Under the pieces are notes generated by a model, which worked only from the letters and a program-made list of their open reading frames with translations, was not told the origin of the DNA and did not search any database. A DNA stretch of 59,933 nucleotides from Candidatus Bathyarchaeia archaeon (GTDB lineage Archaea; Thermoproteota; Bathyarchaeia; Bathyarchaeales; Bathycorpusculaceae), in NCBI GenBank assembly GCA_037481775.1, contig JBBFKZ010000010.1, forward strand, positions 1 to 59,933, written 5' to 3'. Made by a program: the position numbers and the translations under genes. Within the stretch, counting starts at the first letter, position 1. Each line of letters starts with the position of its first letter. This document shows, piece after piece, positions 48,960 to 59,099 of the stretch.

Positions 48960-49448
48960 CTAAACCATACGTTTTATTAGTTCGTTTATTGCTTCTCCGC
49001 GGTATCCTGCTTCTCCGCCTGAACTATAGCTTTTCTTGATTTTCCCTTTAAACCCCTTGCTTGGAGGAGGTAACCTTAAAACAGGTTGAATGCTAGGTAG
49101 TTTCTGATACTCCACTTTGCAGTTTGCGATTGCTTCGGCAAGCGCGTCTAATGATGCGTATCCGATTTTCTGAGCGTACTCATCAGTCAGTTTCTTGTTA
49201 CCAGCCAAGCGACCGCGTTTTTTCAGTAGCAAAGCTACAGTTTCTTTTGAAACTTCTCCCCATGTTACATAATTCTGCACTCGGCTCAGCATGCCCAAGT
49301 ATGATGGGCGATTATCGATAAGCACGGCATGGTTAATTCTAACCAAACGGAGCATCTCAAGGGTTTCGCGTGCTTCACGCTGGGCGCTGATTACACCTCT
49401 CACCCTTACAACAGCTAAACACTTGCGCGTAGCGGCTTTTTCAGTCAA
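48960..49448 (-). CDS. rpl30: 50S ribosomal protein uL30
   Basis: AVVRVRG, YVTWGE, RL.PP.KG, GYRG..INELI.RM. Confidence 0.95.
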   Translation of the reverse strand: MTEKAATRKCLAVVRVRGVISAQREARETLEMLRLVRINHAVLIDNRPSYLGMLSRVQNYVTWGEVSKETVALLLKKRGRLAGNKKLTDEYAQKIGYASLDALAEAIANCKVEYQKLPSIQPVLRLPPPSKGFKGKIKKSYSSGGEAGYRGEAINELIKRMV

Positions 49449-50099
49449 CTATCTCACCCAATCCTCTTGCGTTATAAGACCGTATGTCTTTCGTAAACCA
49501 TCAAAAATTGCACAAGCATAGGAAGGCACAGTTCTCGTTGAACCGCGACTTCTCACCCAAAGATCCTTCACGCCTGCCAAGTTCAAAATAACTTTTGCTA
49601 CTTCGCTTGCTACAAGCCCCAAGCCTCTTGGCCCTGGCACGATAACTACTCTTACGCCACCGCATTTGCCTTCAACTTGGAAGGGAATCGAATGGGGTTT
49701 TCCGCAGCCGCATTCCCAGCTACCGCATCCACGCTTGACAGGAACAATGTTTAGGCGCGCTACTGCAGCAGCTTTTTCTATTGCAGTTCGAACTTGGCTA
49801 GCTTTTCCAGATCCTAAGCCTACGTAGCCGTCTCTATTTCCAACAGCTACGATAGCTTTAAACCGCGATTTTTCGCCTGCGTCAGTTTGCTTTTGAACCA
49901 AGTTAACATTTATCACTTCTTCTTGCAAGTCAGGAAGTAAGGCATCAACAATTTGAGGTTCCGCAATTTTCAAGCCGCTCAAGAAAACCTCATCCATGGA
50001 CGTTATTCTGCCTTCTTGAATTAGTTTTCCTAAACGGGTTTTAGGAACCCAGTTTTCCAAGCTTGTTCCTCGTTCAACTTCACGGTAACTGCTGCTCAT
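49449..50099 (-). CDS. rps5: 30S ribosomal protein uS5
   Basis: W.PKTRLG, VQKQTDAG, RGCGSWEC, PRGLGLVA. Confidence 0.97.
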   Translation of the reverse strand: MSSSYREVERGTSLENWVPKTRLGKLIQEGRITSMDEVFLSGLKIAEPQIVDALLPDLQEEVINVNLVQKQTDAGEKSRFKAIVAVGNRDGYVGLGSGKASQVRTAIEKAAAVARLNIVPVKRGCGSWECGCGKPHSIPFQVEGKCGGVRVVIVPGPRGLGLVASEVAKVILNLAGVKDLWVRSRGSTRTVPSYACAIFDGLRKTYGLITQEDWVR

Positions 50100-50698
50100 G
50101 CTTTCTTTTCACCCTTTTTAAATGAATTAACGATGTTAGCTTTTGTTTTGGTAAAATGATCAGGAAGTTTTTCAGGTGAAATCTTCTGCTCCAAATACTT
50201 GGAGAATTTGGCTGCGTAGACTTCAGGGTTAGAAGCCAAACTCTTGCCGTACGCGGCTATGTGCTTGCCTTCTATTCGTTCCGCAACGATTTTTTCTTCA
50301 GAACAAGGAACTTCAATACCAGCATCCAAAACACCTTTCAAGGCCGTGAAAACCCTGGCGCCTTTAGTTGGCGCAGCTAAGCCCATATCCAAAATAGCTT
50401 CTGTCACTCCTTTTGCTTTGGCTTTCAACCCGCAGAGCAAACCTGTCAAGTAGGCTGCTGGGACATTGCCAGTTGGAGCTTTCCAACCATACTGCATTAA
50501 TTCTCGGCTGTGCGCTGAAGCCAAAACCTCGTCACCGTGCGGTTTAGCAATAACAATTTGCACAGTAACGTTCTTGAGCGAACAACGCGTAACAAGCCGT
50601 GGCTTCTCGGAGAGAATCAACGCCTTACGCGCCCTGTAGTCAGTTTTTCCTTCTCTTCTCCGCCTAAGCGGTACTCGATAAACGGAACTACGTGCCAT
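50096..50698 (-). CDS. rpl18: 50S ribosomal protein uL18
   Basis: RRRREGKTDY, N.PAAYLTG. Confidence 0.96.
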   Translation of the reverse strand: MARSSVYRVPLRRRREGKTDYRARKALILSEKPRLVTRCSLKNVTVQIVIAKPHGDEVLASAHSRELMQYGWKAPTGNVPAAYLTGLLCGLKAKAKGVTEAILDMGLAAPTKGARVFTALKGVLDAGIEVPCSEEKIVAERIEGKHIAAYGKSLASNPEVYAAKFSKYLEQKISPEKLPDHFTKTKANIVNSFKKGEKKA

Positions 50699-51153
50699 CA
50701 ACGCTTCCTCCATAAATCATGAGCTCTCAAATAACGTTCCAAATCAGCAACTGATCCGAACCTTCCGCTGCTAGCTGCTCGGTACATCTTTCTGTAAGTG
50801 TCTTCTGTGATAGCGCGGGTTGCTTTCAATTCGCGAAGCCTCTTCCTCAAAGAACGAATCCGACTAATCCATGCTTCTTTCTTGGGAATCTTCGCGTAGC
50901 CAGTACCGGATCTGCTACCTGGACCTTTACGTCGACCTCTCTTTTTCTTTTCTTGAATTGTTTTTGCCCGAGCGCGGCTTACACCTTTTTCCGGCAAAGC
51001 TTGGATTACTTTTTCATGAATAAGCTTTCTAACTTCTTCTCTGGTTATGGCGGCCTCTACATCCTCCATTCGCTGAGGGTCAATCCATACCCTATTTTGA
51101 CCTACTTTCAGTATCTGAGCGGCCAACCGTCTTTGATTACTAAGATCAGTCAT
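50698..51153 (-). CDS. rpl19e: 50S ribosomal protein eL19
   Basis: QRRLAA.ILKVG..RVWIDP, GRRKGPGSR.G. Confidence 0.96.
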   Translation of the reverse strand: MTDLSNQRRLAAQILKVGQNRVWIDPQRMEDVEAAITREEVRKLIHEKVIQALPEKGVSRARAKTIQEKKKRGRRKGPGSRSGTGYAKIPKKEAWISRIRSLRKRLRELKATRAITEDTYRKMYRAASSGRFGSVADLERYLRAHDLWRKR

Positions 51154-51758
51154 TGCTCCTCATCTCCTTTCGCGTGCTTAGCTTTCGCGCGTGCACTTCT
51201 CGATTTCGCTTCTTTATCCTTCGTTTCAGCTTCCTTCTTCTTTTTAGCGGCAGGCTTCTTTTGCACCGTCTTACTCTCAACCGCTGGAGCCTTTTCAGTT
51301 TCCTTCTCAGTCGGCTGCTCAGCGGTTTCCGCTGGTTTCACCTCTTCTTCTGGCGTTTCTTTAGCTGGCTTGAAATTCAAAATTAAAACCTTACGCTTCT
51401 TAGCTTCAGCGACAATTTGAACACGTTTTTTCTTGCCAACTGTGTGGGCAATCCGTGCCGCCTCGGTTTTAGGATCAATCTTGGCTATGTCTTCAGGTTT
51501 ATACACCAAGATTTCTTTGTACCCAGAAGGATGAAGACCCCTAGCTTCTTTGGGTCCACGGTAGCCAGTGTTTACTGATGGCGGCCAACCCTTTACTTTC
51601 TGGCGCATTTTGTTGTCTATTCCACGAGGTCTACGCCATTTTTCTTTCAACTTCAAATAGCGCCAGCTTTCTGACTTAACAAAGTCAGGTTTCTTCTTTT
51701 TAACGCGTTTTCGCGTTTTCAGCGCTTTCTGTAATGCTAATACATCTTTTTCGGCCAT
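51150..51758 (-). CDS. rpl32e: 50S ribosomal protein eL32 with K/E/A-rich C-terminal extension
   Basis: KP.F.K.ESWRY, WRRPRG.DNK.R, RGLHPSG. Confidence 0.95.
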   Translation of the reverse strand: MAEKDVLALQKALKTRKRVKKKKPDFVKSESWRYLKLKEKWRRPRGIDNKMRQKVKGWPPSVNTGYRGPKEARGLHPSGYKEILVYKPEDIAKIDPKTEAARIAHTVGKKKRVQIVAEAKKRKVLILNFKPAKETPEEEVKPAETAEQPTEKETEKAPAVESKTVQKKPAAKKKKEAETKDKEAKSRSARAKAKHAKGDEEQ

Positions 51759-52303
51759 TACTCAATTCCCTCACTTCGTTCATACACGTATATGCCGTCA
51801 AGGAAAACACGCGGATCTTTCCGCTTAACCTTTGTTGCCTGTTCAATGTTTGCGGCGGTTTGACTTACATCTTCTAAGTTTATGCCTTCAACAACTATGT
51901 CTTCGCTTTGAACTTTGACTTTAACGTCACCAATTATCTTGGCTTTTCTTGGGCGCCTTTCACCAGTGAAGTTTTCAATCACAACAGTTTTGTCTTGAAC
52001 TTTAACGGTTATTGGAAAGTGAGAAAATACTATTTTCAGCTTATATGAAAAGCCTTTTTCTACACCAGTGATCATGTTTTGGATATGCGAGTGAGCCGTG
52101 CCCACCATTGCCGCTTCTTTCTTACGAGGCCATTTAGCCCAAACTCGAACGATTTTACCGTTACTTTCAATTGATATTGGAGTGGAAGAGAAGTCGCGTG
52201 TCAAAGTGCCCTTTGCGCCTTTAACTGTAACTTTACGTCCTTCAACGGTTACTTCAACATTGTCTGGAACTTGAATAGTTTTGGAAATTTCTGGCAACCG
52301 CAT
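51758..52303 (-). CDS. rpl6: 50S ribosomal protein uL6
   Basis: NMI.GV..GF.Y.LK...SHFP, D.RVF.DGIY. Confidence 0.96.
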   Translation of the reverse strand: MRLPEISKTIQVPDNVEVTVEGRKVTVKGAKGTLTRDFSSTPISIESNGKIVRVWAKWPRKKEAAMVGTAHSHIQNMITGVEKGFSYKLKIVFSHFPITVKVQDKTVVIENFTGERRPRKAKIIGDVKVKVQSEDIVVEGINLEDVSQTAANIEQATKVKRKDPRVFLDGIYVYERSEGIE

Positions 52304-52315
52304 TAGAAACACCCA

Positions 52316-52708
52316 TCAATAAACGAAAGCTAACAGTCTTCCTCCAATATTTTTTTCTTCAGCTTCACGGTGAGATATTACGCCTGACGATGTTGAAACA
52401 ACAAGTATCCCCACATCTCTTGAGGGTAGGAATTTCTTTTCCCACTGCTCAAATTCGCCTACCTTAACGGGAAAGCGAGGCCTGATAGCACCGCACTTAT
52501 TTATCCTACCCAGCAATTGTACTTTGAACTTACCTGAACGCCCATCATCAATGAATTCAAATTCTCCGATGTAACCATTCAATTGCATTATCCTCAGCAC
52601 GCGACCTAAAAGCTTGGAAGCAGGGCTAATTACACACTCGCGCTTATTGCGAACCTCATTATTTATTATTGTTATTAGACCATTTGCTAACGTATCCATT
52701 GCTTTCAC
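52316..52708 (-). CDS. rps8: 30S ribosomal protein uS8
   Basis: [30 protein letters not shown]. Confidence 0.97.
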   Translation of the reverse strand: MKAMDTLANGLITIINNEVRNKRECVISPASKLLGRVLRIMQLNGYIGEFEFIDDGRSGKFKVQLLGRINKCGAIRPRFPVKVGEFEQWEKKFLPSRDVGILVVSTSSGVISHREAEEKNIGGRLLAFVY

Positions 52709-52711
52709 GCA

Positions 52712-52876
52712 CTATTCATATTTTTTAAATCCAAGTTTCGGCGCTGCTTCCCTAAAACAGTGCCTACATAAATATAAATTGTAACGTCTAATAATAGGCC
52801 CATACGCGCCGCATCGAATGCAAGGTCGCGAACCTTTGCCGAATTTTCTTATTTTCTTAATCTGCTTTTTAGCCAT
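52712..52876 (-). CDS. rps14: 30S ribosomal protein uS14 (Zn-binding)
   Basis: not in ORF track; [54 protein letters not shown]. Confidence 0.96.
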   Translation of the reverse strand: MAKKQIKKIRKFGKGSRPCIRCGAYGPIIRRYNLYLCRHCFREAAPKLGFKKYE

Positions 52877-52896
52877 ATCTTCTTATTCCACCTATT

Positions 52897-53436
52897 TTAT
52901 ACTATTTCAACTCCTAAAGTTTGTTTTACAAAGGCAATAGATTCGTCAGGTGTAAGCAAATGCTGGCGGCCAATTCGCGCTTTCTTTTTTCGTCTAATTT
53001 TAACCCGCTGACCAGGCCTATTCACGGAAACACATACGTCCATGCCGAATATGCCAATATTAGGGTCGTACTTTACGCCTGCTATTTCAATGTGTTCTTT
53101 TATGCCGAAAGCAAAGTTACCTTGCTTATCAAACGATGAACGAGACAGTTTGTTATCAACAACTGGTAGAACTTTTTTAAGGAAGTCGATGGCCGCTTGT
53201 TTTCTCAGAGTCACAATACACGCAGTTGACTCGCCTTTTCTTATTCCAAAATCTCTTATGGTTTTTTTGACTTTTCTCTTAGCAGGTGTCTGATTGGTCA
53301 ACTCCTTCAATACAGCGGACGCCTTCTCTAATGGCTCACCTGATTTTCCAACGCTGATGTTGACAACAACCTTTTCTATTCGGGGTTTAAGCATAGGCTG
53401 CTCTTCCCACATCTTGAAAAATTCTTCCTCAGACAC
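52897..53436 (-). CDS. rpl5: 50S ribosomal protein uL5
   Basis: IEKVVVNI.VG.SG, FGI.EHI, YDP.IGIFGMD. Confidence 0.97.
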   Translation of the reverse strand: MSEEEFFKMWEEQPMLKPRIEKVVVNISVGKSGEPLEKASAVLKELTNQTPAKRKVKKTIRDFGIRKGESTACIVTLRKQAAIDFLKKVLPVVDNKLSRSSFDKQGNFAFGIKEHIEIAGVKYDPNIGIFGMDVCVSVNRPGQRVKIRRKKKARIGRQHLLTPDESIAFVKQTLGVEIV

Positions 53437-54196
53437 TGGCTGTTACCTCCGGTAGAGATATTAGGGGACTGGTTTCACCGACTACAAAAACAAAGTCCAA
53501 AACTGTCTGGTAGAGATTGCCCTTTTCGTCTTTGATTACCACTAGAGCTTGCCTTCGCTTTTTTGATTTAGTCTTCTCGATTTCGACTATCCTGCCGTAC
53601 TTTCCAATGTTTTTTCCGCCAGTTATGACTGCTAAATTGCCTTCTTTGATCTTCAACTGCGCAAGAACGTTTCTTCCCGGAATCTCAAGCTTCAAGGTAT
53701 CAAAGGTTTCGTAAGCAACTGTCTGTGGGCTTTCAGACTGCTCATTTTTTACAAGTAAGTTTGAGCCGTCGTGGAGAGCAATTTGTATGGCTCCGTTTTT
53801 AACTAAAGTTTTGTCTTCAACTCTGAACAATTTGAAGCTAGCTTCCTCTTTACTAATTGGATTAAGGATCAACCCTTTGTGTGAAGGCAAGACTCTGTAG
53901 AACTTTTCCATGTCCGGAATTGCAATTACATCCATCAAACCAACTGGAAAGTCATCTCTGCGCCTGACCTTGCCGTCAACGTAAACTTTGCCCTGCGCAA
54001 CAATGAATCTCGCTTCCTTGCGATTCTCAGCTACTCCAAGAATATCGCGGAGAACAAGTGAGAGTGGTAGACACTTTTCAAGTGAGTGAGGACCAGCTGA
54101 GGGTCTTACTGCCCAATAAAATTCTTTTTTATGAATAGGCCAGAATCTTGGAGCAACCTTTCGCTTTAATCTTCCTGCTTTTCCTTTTTTACCCAA
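53429..54196 (-). CDS. rps4e: 30S ribosomal protein eS4
   Basis: LKR..AP..W, GPH, VDGKVR....FPVGLMDVI, TGG.N.G..G. Confidence 0.96.
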   Translation of the reverse strand: MGKKGKAGRLKRKVAPRFWPIHKKEFYWAVRPSAGPHSLEKCLPLSLVLRDILGVAENRKEARFIVAQGKVYVDGKVRRRDDFPVGLMDVIAIPDMEKFYRVLPSHKGLILNPISKEEASFKLFRVEDKTLVKNGAIQIALHDGSNLLVKNEQSESPQTVAYETFDTLKLEIPGRNVLAQLKIKEGNLAVITGGKNIGKYGRIVEIEKTKSKKRRQALVVIKDEKGNLYQTVLDFVFVVGETSPLISLPEVTASV

Positions 54197-54198
54197 AA

Positions 54199-54912
54199 CT
54201 ACGTTCCTCCTTTCTTAACACCACTTTCCCTTTTTGCTGATGTTTTTTTCACCTTTTCAGGTTTCGTTTCTTTTTTAACAGGCTTTTCTTCAGTCGCTGC
54301 GGCTTCTTTCTTTTTCCTTTTTGCCGGCGCCTTTTCCTCCGCTGTTGACCCTGATTTCGCCTTCTTTTCCGCAGACTCTTGCCGCGCTACTTTAGGTTTG
54401 GCTTCTGTCACTTTCTTTGAGGGCTTCTTTTCAGTAGCAACTGCAATTTCTGGTTCGGCAACAGCCTTTTCTTTTTCAACTTCAGCCGCTTTTTCTGGAA
54501 GCTTCTCTACCTTCTTGGGCTCTTTTTCTTTTTTAGGCAACGCCAGCTTCTTTCTTTCAACAATTTCTTGCCGCCGTTTGTCATCAAGCTTCAAATTTTT
54601 AAGAATAACCTTTGAGGGATGCACTGGAACAAATATTGTTGTTCCATCAACTTTCTCCCGTGTTAAACCTTCGATGAAGATACGCTGTCTCTTTAAATCT
54701 ACACGGTTGACTTTACCTTCGAATCCCTTGTGATCGCCTCTAATTACCTGTACGGTGTCGCCCTTCCTAACGGGAAGCGACTTGACACCCTTTGACGAAG
54801 CAAGTTCCTGTGAGAGAGGAGCACTCATGAATTTGTGACGCAAATGTGCTGGTGCAGTGTAGAGTTGTTTTCGCTGTTTTCTCGGAGACTTTACGGGTCT
54901 TGTTACTTGCAT
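54199..54912 (-). CDS. rpl24: 50S ribosomal protein uL24 with long K/E-rich C-terminal extension
   Basis: PRKQRK..Y.AP.H, KGD.V...RG..KG KOW motif, HPSKV; start moved to ~54912 on RBS evidence. Confidence 0.94.
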   Translation of the reverse strand: MQVTRPVKSPRKQRKQLYTAPAHLRHKFMSAPLSQELASSKGVKSLPVRKGDTVQVIRGDHKGFEGKVNRVDLKRQRIFIEGLTREKVDGTTIFVPVHPSKVILKNLKLDDKRRQEIVERKKLALPKKEKEPKKVEKLPEKAAEVEKEKAVAEPEIAVATEKKPSKKVTEAKPKVARQESAEKKAKSGSTAEEKAPAKRKKKEAAATEEKPVKKETKPEKVKKTSAKRESGVKKGGT

Positions 54913-54923
54913 GCACATTTCAC

Positions 54924-55364
54924 CTACACTATTATACTTGCGGCACTCGCTATTCTCGGCCACCTTTCAGCAGCTTCTTTTGCTACAGGACCACGAATTT
55001 CGGAACCTTTCATTTCGCCATCAGGCGTTATAATCACCGCGGCGTTATCTTCAAACTGAATCCAGACGCCGTCGATTCTTCTATAGGCTTTCTTTTGTCT
55101 TATTATCACGGCTTGGAAAATTTTCTTCCGCATGTCCGGTGAACCTTGCCTTACGGACACGGTAACTCTGTCGCCCACGGTAGCGGTGGGATAACGTCTC
55201 AAGCGACCCTTATATCCGATGGATTGGACTAAGCGTAAGACTCTTGCGCCAGTGTTATCAGCGCATCGTAATATTGAACCAGCTAGCAATCCTCGCGTAA
55301 TCTTCTGACCATGGGAAAGCATACCCTTTGCGACAAGTGCTCTCTGTTTCGCCTTAGCTGCCAT
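54924..55364 (-). CDS. rpl14: 50S ribosomal protein uL14
   Basis: CADNTGAR, FEDNAAVI, GPVAKEAAERWP. Confidence 0.97.
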   Translation of the reverse strand: MAAKAKQRALVAKGMLSHGQKITRGLLAGSILRCADNTGARVLRLVQSIGYKGRLRRYPTATVGDRVTVSVRQGSPDMRKKIFQAVIIRQKKAYRRIDGVWIQFEDNAAVIITPDGEMKGSEIRGPVAKEAAERWPRIASAASIIV

Positions 55365-55365
55365 T

Positions 55366-55683
55366 TCACTTCTCCTCCAGTCTCTCCACAACAACAAAGG
55401 ATACTGTTTTGCTTATTGGGCGACACTCTGCAATTCGGACTCTTTCACCTTCTTTCGCGTCAATACACGGCGGATTGTGCGATGGAATATGCCCACTCCT
55501 TCGCTCATAGCGCACATATTTAGGTGAGAATTGCAGGTATCCGCGTTCTACAACAACAGTTTTATCCATTTTCGCGCTTACCACGACGCCTTCTAAAACG
55601 CGACCTCTTATAGCTAATGTACCATGGAAAGGACAATTTCTATCATTGCAGGATTTTTTTGGTTTCTTAAAAGTCAGGGACAT
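55366..55683 (-). CDS. rps17: 30S ribosomal protein uS17
   Basis: C.D..CPFHG, KM.KTVVV, ECRPISKT. Confidence 0.97.
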   Translation of the reverse strand: MSLTFKKPKKSCNDRNCPFHGTLAIRGRVLEGVVVSAKMDKTVVVERGYLQFSPKYVRYERRSGHIPSHNPPCIDAKEGERVRIAECRPISKTVSFVVVERLEEK

Positions 55684-55684
55684 G

Positions 55685-55966
55685 TCACCACAACCTCTTC
55701 ATGCCTTTTTTAAGTCGATCTTCAGGTCTTCCAACTAAAAGTCTGCCGTCGATTTCAACAACAGTTCCGTCAGCAAATTTGAAATGGAAAACTGCCATGT
55801 TTTTTATCACCTGTTTTGGCTTTCCTTTATGCAGAATCATGAAGGTGTTTTTTGTTTCATCAATTACTTTGCCACTTAGCCCCACGTAGCGGGTATGTGG
55901 GCTCTTTGCGATTTTCCCGTCAGCGCCTATAAACTCGTGACGTATTATGTCAGAAGTTACTTTCAT
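55685..55966 (-). CDS. rnp1: ribonuclease P protein component 1 (Rpp29/Pop4)
   Basis: HEFIG, G.VIDETKNT, GRPEDR; canonical position between uL29 and uS17. Confidence 0.93.
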   Translation of the reverse strand: MKVTSDIIRHEFIGADGKIAKSPHTRYVGLSGKVIDETKNTFMILHKGKPKQVIKNMAVFHFKFADGTVVEIDGRLLVGRPEDRLKKGMKRLW

Positions 55967-56220
55967 TTGGCCTTAGTCTCCTTTTTGCTTTTAACTTCTT
56001 TTGTCTCCTGTTTTCTAATGCCGAGTTTGCTTTCGTTTTCAATGGTAAGTATCTGTGCGATTGCCTTCCGCAGTTCTCTTATTCTAGCAGGATTCTCCAC
56101 GGCACCGCCTGCTTTAATCATGGTTTTCAATTTTGCTAACTCTAACCTTAACTCAGAAAGCTTGGTTTTCCGTTCTGCAGATGACATAGCACGGATTTCT
56201 TTGAGTCGCAATAGGGGCAT
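55963..56220 (-). CDS. rpl29: 50S ribosomal protein uL29
   Basis: LR.KEIR.MS, ENP.RI.ELRK.IA.ILT. Confidence 0.95.
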   Translation of the reverse strand: MPLLRLKEIRAMSSAERKTKLSELRLELAKLKTMIKAGGAVENPARIRELRKAIAQILTIENESKLGIRKQETKEVKSKKETKAK

Positions 56221-56958
56221 TTATTCCTTTGCCTCCTTGCTTTCTTCAACCTCTTTCGAGGCAGACTCAACTTGCTCGTTAGCAGACTCTTTGAGCGGCT
56301 CTTCGGACACTTGCTCCTTTAATGGGGGCTCCTCTATTTTTTCCTCGACCTCTTCAGGAGGTAACGCATCTATAATTTCTATTTTATCTGGAAACTTGGC
56401 GTCCGGCGGCATTATCTTAACTTTCACGCCGAAAATGCCGGGTTTAAGCTGAACGTGAACTTCGGCTTTCCTCGTGTATTTCAATGCGGGATCACCGCAC
56501 CGCGGGAAGTAGCCAGCACGGAATTTTTCGAAATGTGCACGTTCAGTACGCAACTTGCCGCTTATCACTATTTCGATACCTAAAGCGCCGGCAGCCATGA
56601 CTTGGTTTATAGCCCAAAAGCCGGCACGCCTAAAGTGAACACCTCTCTCGAGCGCTGAGGCAATGCGAGAGGCAACTACAAACGCGTTAAGTTCAGGAAC
56701 TTCAATTTCTGAAACAGAAATTTGCGGGTTAGAAACCTTGAAATGCTGCTCCAAAGTCGTGGCGAGCTCCTTTATTGTTTCTCCGCCGCGACCGATCACG
56801 AGACCTGGGCGCATGGCGTAAATGACAACGTGAGTGCCCAAAGGCGTCTTGGATATGTCAACTCCGCCATAGCCAGCGCGTTCAAGTTTTTTTTGCAGAA
56901 ACTCGTCTATTTCGGTTCTTTTGATTGATTCGCTAATAAAACGTTTAACAATGGACAT
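56221..56958 (-). CDS. rps3: 30S ribosomal protein uS3
   Basis: KH domain RPG.VIGRGG, G.EI.ISGKL, acidic tail. Confidence 0.97.
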   Translation of the reverse strand: MSIVKRFISESIKRTEIDEFLQKKLERAGYGGVDISKTPLGTHVVIYAMRPGLVIGRGGETIKELATTLEQHFKVSNPQISVSEIEVPELNAFVVASRIASALERGVHFRRAGFWAINQVMAAGALGIEIVISGKLRTERAHFEKFRAGYFPRCGDPALKYTRKAEVHVQLKPGIFGVKVKIMPPDAKFPDKIEIIDALPPEEVEEKIEEPPLKEQVSEEPLKESANEQVESASKEVEESKEAKE

Positions 56959-57446
56959 TAAAGCGCTCCCCCTTGCGCAGGCTTTTCTTCTAAAACGATT
57001 TCAATGTGCGTTGTGGTTTCATACTTCGGTGAAGCTCGCCCATGTGCTCTGGGCATGTACCTCTTTATCTTTACACCTGGATAGGCAGCAGCGTGAAGTA
57101 TGCGAAGTCTGTCTACATCTAAACCCTTGTTTTCCGCGTTTGCCTCTGCAGATTCAATCACGCGTAAGATTTGTTCCGCTGCTTTCACAGGGTATCTTCC
57201 CGCGTAAGCTTTTGTAAGTCCGGCGCGGTGTCCAAGCTTCTTTTTATATCTTTTGAAGGGAACTGCCTTCTTTTTTGCCACAACTGCTTTAAGATATGCC
57301 TTAGCATTGGCAAGCATCATGCCCTTAATGGTGCGGCATACTTCGCGAGATGCCTTATGAGATACTCTGAGCTCTCGACCGCTGGCTTTCGCTGTCTTTT
57401 CAGGATCCAGCTCTTCTTCGATTATGGAGTATCCCCATTTTGGCAT
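56958..57446 (-). CDS. rpl22: 50S ribosomal protein uL22
   Basis: GRYP.KA, NAE.KGL, PRAHGRA; start moved to MPKWGYS. Confidence 0.96.
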   Translation of the reverse strand: MPKWGYSIIEEELDPEKTAKASGRELRVSHKASREVCRTIKGMMLANAKAYLKAVVAKKKAVPFKRYKKKLGHRAGLTKAYAGRYPVKAAEQILRVIESAEANAENKGLDVDRLRILHAAAYPGVKIKRYMPRAHGRASPKYETTTHIEIVLEEKPAQGGAL

Positions 57447-57761
57447 TTTTGTATCTTCTCCAACTGTGCAATTCAACTGCGCAATTGCGATTTATATGGC
57501 TTTCCGTAGCAAAACTAGTTTAGCTAGTTCGAAGTGTGCGAAGTCCCAATTCTGGGACGCAGGCGTGTACGTGAGGTGTCAAGAGAGTATTTTCGATTTT
57601 TGCCTTTTATAGTTTTTTCTAAAATGCTTAGAGCTACACGGTTTTTGATGATGCAATATTCGCGTGCTTTCTCTGCTTTAGCAGGGCAGTGTGTGTCATG
57701 TTTAAATATGTGCGGCTGGTTCTTGTATTTTCACGTTCTAATTCAGGGAGGCATAAAAAGG

Positions 57762-58040
57762 ATGCCCGCTATAGAAGTTGGCAGAATATGCGTAAAACAG
57801 TTTGGTCGCGAATCTGGAAAGAAATGCGTCATAGTCGATGTCGTAGATAAGAGCTTCGTTCTGATAACTGGACCGAAGAAGCTCACGGGTGTAAAAAGGA
57901 GACGCGTCAATATTAACCATATTGCACCCACCGAAGACACCATCCCGATTACGAGAGGTGCTTCCGACGAAGAAGTAATTCAGATGTTAGAGGCCGCTGG
58001 CAAACTGAAAGAGCCGGCTGCAACTGCAAAGCCGATGTAA
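57762..58040 (+). CDS. rpl14e: 50S ribosomal protein eL14
   Basis: [30 protein letters not shown]...TGVKRRR.N..H; GGAGG RBS. Confidence 0.95.
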   Translation: MPAIEVGRICVKQFGRESGKKCVIVDVVDKSFVLITGPKKLTGVKRRRVNINHIAPTEDTIPITRGASDEEVIQMLEAAGKLKEPAATAKPM

Positions 58041-58088
58041 ACTCTTAATACTTCAAACTTTCTTTTTCTACTTCAAGGAGAGCCAAGT

Positions 58089-59099
58089 TTGCCGAGGACA
58101 GCTGCCCCATGGGAAGTCAAGCGAGAATTGTTTATAAAAGCAGAGGACACAACAGACCCCGCTTACGGCCATAAACCTGCTGAGAGGCCGGCGGAAGAGT
58201 ACATACGCTACGGCGTAATAAACTTGGACAAGCCTGCTGGACCAACAAGCCATGAAGTCGCTGCTTGGCTAAAGAAAATCATGCACTTAACAAAAATAGG
58301 GCATGGCGGCACATTAGATCCGAAGGTCACCGGCATCCTACCGATTACGCTTGAAGATGCAACAAAAGTTGTTCAAGCACTTCTTTACAGCGGCAAAGAA
58401 TATGTCTGCGTTATGAAACTTCACGGTGACGCTGAGGAAGCACAGATCAAAGGAATCCTCAGAGAGTTTGAGGACTTGATTTATCAGCGTCCTCCATTGC
58501 GTGCTTCAGTTAAACGTCAACTGAGAACACGTCGCATATACTACATTGATTTTCTAGAAAAAGATGGACGAAACGTGCTCTTTAAGGTGGGCTGCGAGGG
58601 CGGAACATACATTCGCAAACTTTGCTATGATATAGGCGAAATCCTTGGAACTGGCGCACACATGCAAGAGCTTCGTAGAACACGCGCAGGACCATTCGTG
58701 GAGAACGGCAACGACAGAGTCACGTTACATGAGGCAGCATACTGGTTTGCCGAGTGGGCGGAGAAAAAAGACGAGAAAATTCTGCGGAAATTTATTCAGC
58801 CCATGGAAACAGCGCTATCTTTGGTTCCCAAAATTGTGGTCAGAGACTCCGCAGTTGATGCCTTATGTCACGGTGCAAGCTTGACTGCGCCTGGCATTTT
58901 AGCGGCCGAAACAGGCATAACGAGGGGAGCAATGGTTGCGTTGCTAACCTTAAAAGGTGAAGCAGTGGCTTTAGCGAAATCGCTTCTTTCCACAGAAGAA
59001 ATTTTGGACATGGAGCATGGAAGCGTAGCGGTGCCGCAGCGCGTGCTTATGCCCCGCGGAACCTACCCAAAAGCGTGGAAAAGCGGTAGCGCAAAATGA
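58089..59099 (+). CDS. truB: H/ACA pseudouridine synthase Cbf5/TruB
   Basis: LDKP.GPTSHE, GHGGTLDP, GTYIRKLC, C-terminal PUA domain. Confidence 0.96.
   Translation: MPRTAAPWEVKRELFIKAEDTTDPAYGHKPAERPAEEYIRYGVINLDKPAGPTSHEVAAWLKKIMHLTKIGHGGTLDPKVTGILPITLEDATKVVQALLYSGKEYVCVMKLHGDAEEAQIKGILREFEDLIYQRPPLRASVKRQLRTRRIYYIDFLEKDGRNVLFKVGCEGGTYIRKLCYDIGEILGTGAHMQELRRTRAGPFVENGNDRVTLHEAAYWFAEWAEKKDEKILRKFIQPMETALSLVPKIVVRDSAVDALCHGASLTAPGILAAETGITRGAMVALLTLKGEAVALAKSLLSTEEILDMEHGSVAVPQRVLMPRGTYPKAWKSGSAK

Noticed and set aside
57534-57761. N-terminal extension of eL14 given by the ORF track
   Set aside because: True start is ATG 57762 after GGAGG; the upstream part is the divergent promoter region
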